A stretch of 64,000 nucleotides of DNA from contig JBBIVJ010000025.1 of NCBI GenBank assembly GCA_037439785.1, positions 5,935 through 69,934 on the forward strand. The letters run 5' to 3'. The notes beneath the pieces were generated by a model that was not told the DNA's origin, made no database searches, and saw only the letters and a list, made by a program, of their open reading frames with translations. Both the position numbers and the translations under genes were made by a program. Every line of letters starts with the position of its first letter. Position 1 is the first letter of the stretch. Positions 55,165 through 61,534 of the stretch are shown one piece after another. The DNA comes from Verrucomicrobiales bacterium (GTDB lineage Bacteria > Verrucomicrobiota > Verrucomicrobiia > Limisphaerales > J093).

Positions 55165-55197
55165 ATTGGCCCGCCACAAGGCGGGCCAATTGCTTTT
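55165..55197 (+). terminator. rho-independent terminator after the second HX9DG gene
   Basis: ATTGGCCCGCC-acaa-GGCGGGCCAAT followed by TGCTTTTGG. Confidence 0.6.
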
Positions 55198-55306
55198 GGT
55201 CGGCCAGGCAGGGTCGGCGAGGACGCCGACCTTCCCCCGCGAGCGGGGAGGGACCGCGTCCCCGCGGTCCCGGCAGAAACGAGCACGTTGCCCGTCCCAC
55301 TTCACC

Positions 55307-55398
55307 GGAGCGCCGACTGGCAAGTAGCCACCGGCGTGAGCCGGCGGGCAGGCGGTCCGCCACGCCACCCGGCGGCTAGGGCGGAGCGCCGACTGGCA
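55307..55398. repeat. intergenic repeat cluster (two copies of GGAGCGCCGACTGGCA, 76 nt apart, plus several short hairpins at 55213-55280)
   Basis: The exact 16-mer occurs at 55307-55322 and 55383-55398. The flanking GC-rich hairpins include GTCGGCG-agga-CGCCGAC and GGACCGCG-tcc-CCGCGGTCC. Confidence 0.8.
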
Positions 55399-55748
55399 GA
55401 CGGCGATACAGCCGGCTGGAAGCCCGCCCTACGCCGGGGCTGTGGTGCCGGCCTCTCAAGCTGGGGTCTCGGCGTCCTGGCGTCTGGGCGGTGAATCTCG
55501 CCTGTCGAAAGCGGCAGAAGCCTGCCGCACTCCAGGGCGCTATCGCACGGAAGGCACCCTCGGTCAACGCGGGTCCGGGTTGGCAGGCGCCGGGCTCGCG
55601 GCGGCGGCGTCCCACAGCCGGGTGCGCTGGAGCTGCGCGTTGCCGATGACCACGTCCTGGAAGCCGTCGCCGTCCAGGTCCAGCACCCGCACGCCGTTGT
55701 CGCCGCCGTCGAGCGCGCGCAACGGCTGTCCAGCCAGCAGGTGGGTGT

Positions 55749-56210
55749 TCAACCGCGCCTCGACCTCGCGGAAGGTGAGGAACTTGACCCGGTCGCCGGG
55801 GCCGGCAGGCCAGCCGGGGTGAGCCCCCCAGCCCGGCACCGAGCAGCAGGGCGGCCGGCAACCACCTCGGCCGGTCCCGGCGCCCGGTGCCGGGCGCAAA
55901 GCCGGCCGCGAAGCGATTCGTCAAGAAGTTCATCTGTGTCGTGGGCGTATCCCAACGGCCCGCCCCGGACCAGCCGGCCGGCGGGGCGTTCCTGCCGCTG
56001 GAAGACGTCGGGGTTGTTGCCGGAAAGGACATTGTAGGGCCGGGAGACATCCGGCCGCCAGGCCAGCCTCAATAGCCGCAGGTCGCTCGAGCAGGCAAAC
56101 CCCTGCGCCCCGGCCCTGGCCCGGCCCGGAGCTGGCAACAACAGTCCGGCCAGGACCGTGATGAGGGCGATGCCCCCCACAGTTCGATCCACGTGAAACG
56201 CGTCGGCGCG
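55749..56210 (-). pseudogene. probable decayed prepilin-type (HX9DG/DUF1559-like) gene fragment
   Basis: The minus-frame translation 'AFHVDRTVGGIALITVLAGLLLPAPGRARAGAQGFACSSDLRLLRLAW' parallels '[47 protein letters not shown]'. The FTLIE processing motif is destroyed and there is no credible start. Confidence 0.3.
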
Positions 56211-56451
56211 GGCGGCCCAAGCGTCCACAAAGCCGATGTTGCCCCCTGGACGCCGATGGCAGGGGGCGTCAGCCGGCAGGGGCTGGTCGCCACGGTGACA
56301 TCGCTCCACGGGCCGGTTACGCTGTCGGCGCTCTGCAAGGCGCCGCCGCTCCATTCCAGGAGCCAGCCGCTGCTTGAGCCGCGCCTCGAGTCGGAGGCGG
56401 ACCCCGGTCGCCCCGGGGTGATGAAGGCGCGCAACCCCTGCCTGCCGCGAG

Positions 56452-57566
56452 TCACGGCGCCCGCAGGCGGAAGAAACACTCGGGCTGGGCCGGGGAAAGG
56501 GTCACCGCGTACCAATCGCCCTGCTGGCTCACGGCATTGGTCACCGGTGCCCAGATCGGTGCGGACAGTTGGGGGTCCATTCCAGCGTGCCGTCGGCCCA
56601 GTTGGTGGACCAGGTCAATTCCAGGAGGTGCGGGGCCACGAGCCGCACCGTAAGCCGCGGCACCGCTCCGGGGCGCCCCGTCAGGAACACGCCCGAATCC
56701 GACGTCCAGGTGACTCCGGGCGGGGTCTCCACCACCAGGAGCTGGACGCTGCCGCCAAAGTCGGAGACTCCTTCCGCCTCCTGCCCGGGGGCGTTCCAAG
56801 CCACTGCCGACGCTGCGGCCTCCAGGCGGGCCGAAAACGAAACCTGACGGGTACGCGGGAGAATGTAGTTGTCTCCGGGAAGTGCCAGCCAGGTGCTCAC
56901 GGCAAAGGGCGCGGATATGGTGGATATGGTGCGCGGCGATTGCTCCGGAAGCACCGTGACGCTGTAAGCCCAGCGGTAATCGGAGCCCGGCGGACTCCCC
57001 GCACCCTGAAAAACCACCCGCGCATATTGGCTGGCAGAGCTGTAATTGATCCCCACGCGCCCCACGGCCGCCAGGTTGCCGGTCAAGCGGCCCCGCAAAG
57101 TGGCCACCAGGCCGCTGGGATAATGTCCTGCCGGCACGGTAAAACGAAGCGTATCCCAACAGTCAACCACGCCTTGTCCCCCCGCCGATTCCGGTATGAC
57201 GAAGTCCGCGGGCGGCTTGTACCCGCGGACGCAGGTCCCGATCCGGCCGCTCGACAGAGCGACATGATACCGCGCCACGGACAACTCCCCGAATGGCCCG
57301 GTGTGCTCCCTCTGGCCGCCATAAGCGGTCAAATGGGTTGAGACCCAGCGCGGGGACTGCCCCACCCCCACCACCATGCCACTTATGCCAAACCCCTGTT
57401 CCCCACCGACCAACGAACCACCGGTCCCCAACCACAGCGCCGCCCCAGCCAGCCCCCATACGGCCCCGGACGACGGCCACTCCTGACCGGGCTGTGAGGC
57501 GTGGGGACGGTGCACTTCGCGCCGGGGGACATTGGGCTGACTCCACCTGCCAGCTTCATGGGACAT
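56452..57566 (-). pseudogene. secreted protein gene interrupted by a frameshift in a C5 run (pseudogene, sequencing error or recoding)
   Basis: The 341-aa ORF (56541-57566) ends '...LELTWSTNWADGTLEWTPN'. The overlapping frame continues 'QLSAPIWAPVTNAVSQQGDWYAVTLSPAQPECFFRLRAP*'. This C-terminal tail is of the same type as that of the 12183-19136 protein. Confidence 0.45.
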
Positions 57567-58296
57567 GAACGGAACACTGTCTCGACACCGGTGTGATGGC
57601 CGAGGAGGTCATTATATCGCTACGCCACGCCTTCAACATTTTCAAGGGCTCGCCCGTGTTGCTGCCCGGGGCGGGAAGCCTTTGTTTGCGCGAGATCAGG
57701 ACCGCGCCCTGGGCGGGAGATCGGCCGACGATCCATTCGCCCGGGACTGCGGCCACACCCGCCTTCCGGTCACCGCCACTCCGGGGGTGGGCGAGTGATG
57801 GCGCGGCTGAAGCTGTTTAGCCGGGCGCCCTCACCCGAATCGCCCGGCACGGCCACACCCGGACCACAGGGGGGGCAACCCGCGCTGAAGACCGGTGGGG
57901 GAACCACAACCGGCCATCCCGCGCGCGCCAGCCGGTGGGCTGCACCCTCCCAGTGCATTCCCGGCTGGGCAGGCCGTCGGCTTCATCCAGGCTCAGCACC
58001 GGCAGCCGGCCGCGCCGGGCGGCCAGGGGGCCGTTCGCAGGTGGCCGTGTACCTGCTGAAAATCCGCTTCGAGCTGCTCAGCCACAGCCGGCCCCGCGCG
58101 TCTTCGAGCAGGCAATAAATCAGGACGTCTGGCAGGCCGTGCCGACTTGCAACACCACCGGCCCTCGCTTTCGCAGCGGCGGCGACTGGTGGGCTTCATG
58201 AACCGCTTCCCACCAGACCACCCGCAGCGCAACCAGGCAACTGCGCACCGCCGCAGACAAAAGGGACGCGCTGCCCCGAGCCGGGGGCGGGGCCGC

Positions 58297-61089
58297 CTAT
58301 TCTTCCCGGATTGTCAGTTGGGCCGTCAAACCGAGCTCTTCAAGCGCCCGGCTCAGCTCGGTCTCCAGATTGCCCGCCTCCTCGCCGGAGACCGTTACCG
58401 AGAGATCCACCTTCACCTTCAAATCGGCCTTTGCACGGAGCCGGGGGAGGATTTTGGTCCCAAACCGATTCCAGTGCTCGGGCGGGAGGGCCCCCTCCAG
58501 CCGAAGGGTTGTGGACGCCTTGCGGGCAGGCGGCTGAGGCGGAGGCGGTGGGGTCACCGGTGCCGGCGGCTGGGGGGGAGTCGGCGGGGGGTGAGGACCG
58601 GGTCCGGGACCGGGCGGCGTGGGAAGGGGGGGCGCGGGAGGCGGGCTGCCGGACTTGAGCGCCCGGGCCCGGGCCCGGGTCAGCAGAAACACGTCCGCCT
58701 CGAAGGCCAACTCCTCGGAAGAGACCGGTTCCTGGAACCAGACCCGCTCGAAGGTCCCGTCCGGCTTCAGGTGCGAGGCCAGGCCAAAGTCACCCCTGCC
58801 GACGAACTCGACGATCTTCCCCCGCAGGGTCGTGTCGGGGTCGAGCAGCCGGGGGAGCGTGCCATTGAGGAAGCACTGCCGCAGGCTGGCGAGCGGCCAG
58901 GCCCCCGACTCCTTCAACGCGGGCGGCCAGTTTCGGTCGAGGTACCCTGCGCCCACGGAATCGTTGAGGAGCTCCTCCGACTTGAGCGTGGCAATGATCC
59001 GGCCGCAGAGGGTCTCGCCGCTGCTGGAGTGGCCCGCACCCAGGTCAAGGGGGCGGAGGCCGCCTTCCCGTGTCGCCTCCGCCACGACCACGAAGCGGTA
59101 GCTGGCCCAGACTTCCTCGCGGGCGGCTTCCCGGGCCTCCCGCAGTTTGGCCTGCAGGTCGGCGCGTTCGTTCCGATCGTACTCTCCCCCCAGCGTGCCC
59201 TCGTCCACCTCCCGGGCCACGCGCTGCCAGGCCAGCCACAGCTCCACTTTATCCCGCAGGTCGCGGCCCGGTTTCTTGAGGCACCAGACCAGCGCGCCGG
59301 GGTACAGGCGGGGGGACTTGTCGCGCTGCCGGGTCCATTCCGCAAGCCGGCCCCGCAGCGGGTCCGCCCCCGTCCACTCCTGCTCCGGATCCACCAGGAC
59401 CAGCGTCAGCCGGGGCGAGTCCGGGATTTCCGCCCCCTCACGCGGGAAGGGTACCACCGGCAGGGTGGTAGCGCGTTGGAACTCCTCCCGCACCAACTGG
59501 CGGAGGGTGGGCAGGACCTCGGTCGCTTCGTCCAGCGACGCCCGCCGGTCGTTCACCACCTTCTTGAAGGTGGGCTTGTACAGGATGCGAAAGCCGTCCG
59601 CGCCCACTTTGCGGATGAAGTAGGCCCTGCTTTCGAGGGCGAAGGCGGCGTTGTCCACCGAGGTGGTATCCACCTGCGGCTCGCCCAGGGCGAAGCGCAA
59701 CTCGGGCAGGTGGGCGACCTTGTCGCTCTGGCCACCGCAGGACTCGAAGAAGATGGCGGTGCCCACGCGGCGGTGGAGGTCGCGGAGGGCCCCCTTGGTG
59801 TCGGCGTCCAGGGCGCGGGTGTGGGCCAGTTCGCCGGCGAGGTCCGCTTCGATGGCCGGCACCAGGCGGGATTCACCCAACTGTCCCAGGACCACGCCGC
59901 GAAAGGCCGGATCGAAGAGCGGGGCCGAGCCGAGAGTGATCAGCGGCTCGTTGCGGGACTTCTCGATGCCGGTGCGGTAGGCCCAGCCGATCCACTGGGC
60001 CAGCATGGCCAGCGTGCCGCGGGTCTGCTGGTATTGCGGCAGGGCCTGCCATTTATGCTGAAACACCGACAACGTGGCCGGGTGGAACGGGTAGCAGGCT
60101 TCAAACCGCTGCCGCAGGTGCTCCCGCGCCCGCGTATCCGTGGTGGCCGCGTCCACCACCGTCCAGGCCGGCGGCAGTTGGGCGCGGCGCTCGAAGACCC
60201 AGTCGGCGTACTCCCGGGCCACCTTCCGCCGTACCCGCTCCGGGCCCAGGTCCTCGAAAAGCCGCCGGCGCACCACCTCGCTGATTTCGGCCTCCTCGTT
60301 CACGATCAAATCTTTGGCCACGCGCCGGACCACCTTGGTGATCCGTTCCTGCCACTGCAGGTCCCAGTCGGTCATTTCGACCTGGCTCCGGGGCAGGCTG
60401 ATGACCGTGGCGGTGTGCGGGGCACCGGTCGTGGCCACCGTCAGGTTCTGGAGGAAGGCATGGAAGGAGTCCGCCAGGCTGCGATGCCGGTTGAGGAAGT
60501 TCAGCACCTCGTCGAACAACAGCAACACCGGCGCCGCGGCGGCCCGGAAGACCCGGCCCAGGGCCTCCGTCCCCGGCGGGGTGGTGTGCGCCGCCGGCCC
60601 GAGCGCCTCCACGCCCGCCTCCCCCGCCACCTGGCGGGCCAGGTCAATCCACGGCGTCTCCCGACCCGGCTGCGGGTCCCAGGCATTGCCCACAAACACC
60701 CCCACCCGCGACCCCGGCACGAACGCCACGCCCGCCTCCCGCAGCAGGTCCGGCACCCCGCTGAACTGCATCGCCCGCTCCGCGCGCCTGGCCAGGTGAT
60801 ACAGCGTCGTCAGCGTGTGCGTCTTGCCGCCGCCAAACTGCGTGATCAGGGTCAGCACCGGCGCGGTGTGGTCGGTTCGGCCTGCAAGCCGGCGCAGCAC
60901 CATGCCGGCGTGCTCGCGCAGGGCGCGCGTCCAGCACGTGCGGGCAAAAAACGGCTCCGGCTCGCGGTAGTCTTCCGGCGCGGTGCCGGCGACGACCTGC
61001 TCCAGGGCAATGGCGAACTCATCCGGGTTGAACGAGCGGCCCTCGCGCACTTCCCGGCGCGGGGTCACGACTTTGTACCAGGGTTCCAT
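58297..61089 (-). CDS. DUF499-type P-loop ATPase (defence-island associated)
   Basis: Start 'MEPWYKVVTPRREVREGRSFNPDEFAIAL' is preceded by AGGAGG. It has Walker A 'ITQFGGGKTHTL', Walker B 'VLLLFDEVLNFL', and 'CYPFHPATLSVFQHKW'. Total length is 930 aa. Confidence 0.8.
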   Translation of the reverse strand: MEPWYKVVTPRREVREGRSFNPDEFAIALEQVVAGTAPEDYREPEPFFARTCWTRALREHAGMVLRRLAGRTDHTAPVLTLITQFGGGKTHTLTTLYHLARRAERAMQFSGVPDLLREAGVAFVPGSRVGVFVGNAWDPQPGRETPWIDLARQVAGEAGVEALGPAAHTTPPGTEALGRVFRAAAAPVLLLFDEVLNFLNRHRSLADSFHAFLQNLTVATTGAPHTATVISLPRSQVEMTDWDLQWQERITKVVRRVAKDLIVNEEAEISEVVRRRLFEDLGPERVRRKVAREYADWVFERRAQLPPAWTVVDAATTDTRAREHLRQRFEACYPFHPATLSVFQHKWQALPQYQQTRGTLAMLAQWIGWAYRTGIEKSRNEPLITLGSAPLFDPAFRGVVLGQLGESRLVPAIEADLAGELAHTRALDADTKGALRDLHRRVGTAIFFESCGGQSDKVAHLPELRFALGEPQVDTTSVDNAAFALESRAYFIRKVGADGFRILYKPTFKKVVNDRRASLDEATEVLPTLRQLVREEFQRATTLPVVPFPREGAEIPDSPRLTLVLVDPEQEWTGADPLRGRLAEWTRQRDKSPRLYPGALVWCLKKPGRDLRDKVELWLAWQRVAREVDEGTLGGEYDRNERADLQAKLREAREAAREEVWASYRFVVVAEATREGGLRPLDLGAGHSSSGETLCGRIIATLKSEELLNDSVGAGYLDRNWPPALKESGAWPLASLRQCFLNGTLPRLLDPDTTLRGKIVEFVGRGDFGLASHLKPDGTFERVWFQEPVSSEELAFEADVFLLTRARARALKSGSPPPAPPLPTPPGPGPGPHPPPTPPQPPAPVTPPPPPQPPARKASTTLRLEGALPPEHWNRFGTKILPRLRAKADLKVKVDLSVTVSGEEAGNLETELSRALEELGLTAQLTIREE

Positions 61090-61373
61090 CGGGAGCCTCC
61101 TATTCCGCCCGTGCCAGGCGCAGCTTCCCGCGGCAGTCGTCCACGAAGGCCTGCAGCGCAGGATCGTCTTTCCCGGCACGATAAAAGTTCATGGCGCCCG
61201 GCCGGGCGCGGAAACTCCGGGCTCACGTCCCCCAGGGACTTGAACCCGCGGCTCGTCAGTTTCTTCAGCATGGGCGCTTCTTCCTCGTGGCGCCGAAAGC
61301 CTCCGTGCCCCGGGCCAGCAGGTGCTGTGTGCCCGGCAGGGTACAGGACCGCCCCCCCGCTGGCCAGCCCCGG

Positions 61374-61410
61374 AAAAACCCGCCGCACCCGGCGGGCCGG
61401 CCCGGTGCGG
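61374..61410 (-). terminator. candidate rho-independent terminator downstream of the methyltransferase gene
   Basis: On the minus strand: CCGCACC-(GGC..GCC inner stem)-GGTGCGG, then CGGGTTTTTCC. It lies about 125 nt after the stop codon. Confidence 0.4.
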
Positions 61411-61534
61411 GCATTCCCTGCCGGCCGATTCCAACCCTCCGCGGGCGGAGGCCGTGTCCCCGAAGGCCGGCCGGAGGAACGTTGCGGCGCCCGCGTTCCC
61501 GCGCCGGGTGCCCGCGGCGTCCCGGCCGTGCCCC

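Noticed and set aside
55564-55899. 111-aa minus-strand ORF with an FG-GAP/VCBS-like 'LDLDGDGFQDVVIGN' segment, as a real gene
   Set aside because: The upstream two thirds are Pro/Gly/Arg junk with no signal peptide or credible start. It sits among other out-of-frame fragments, so I treated it as debris rather than calling a CDS.
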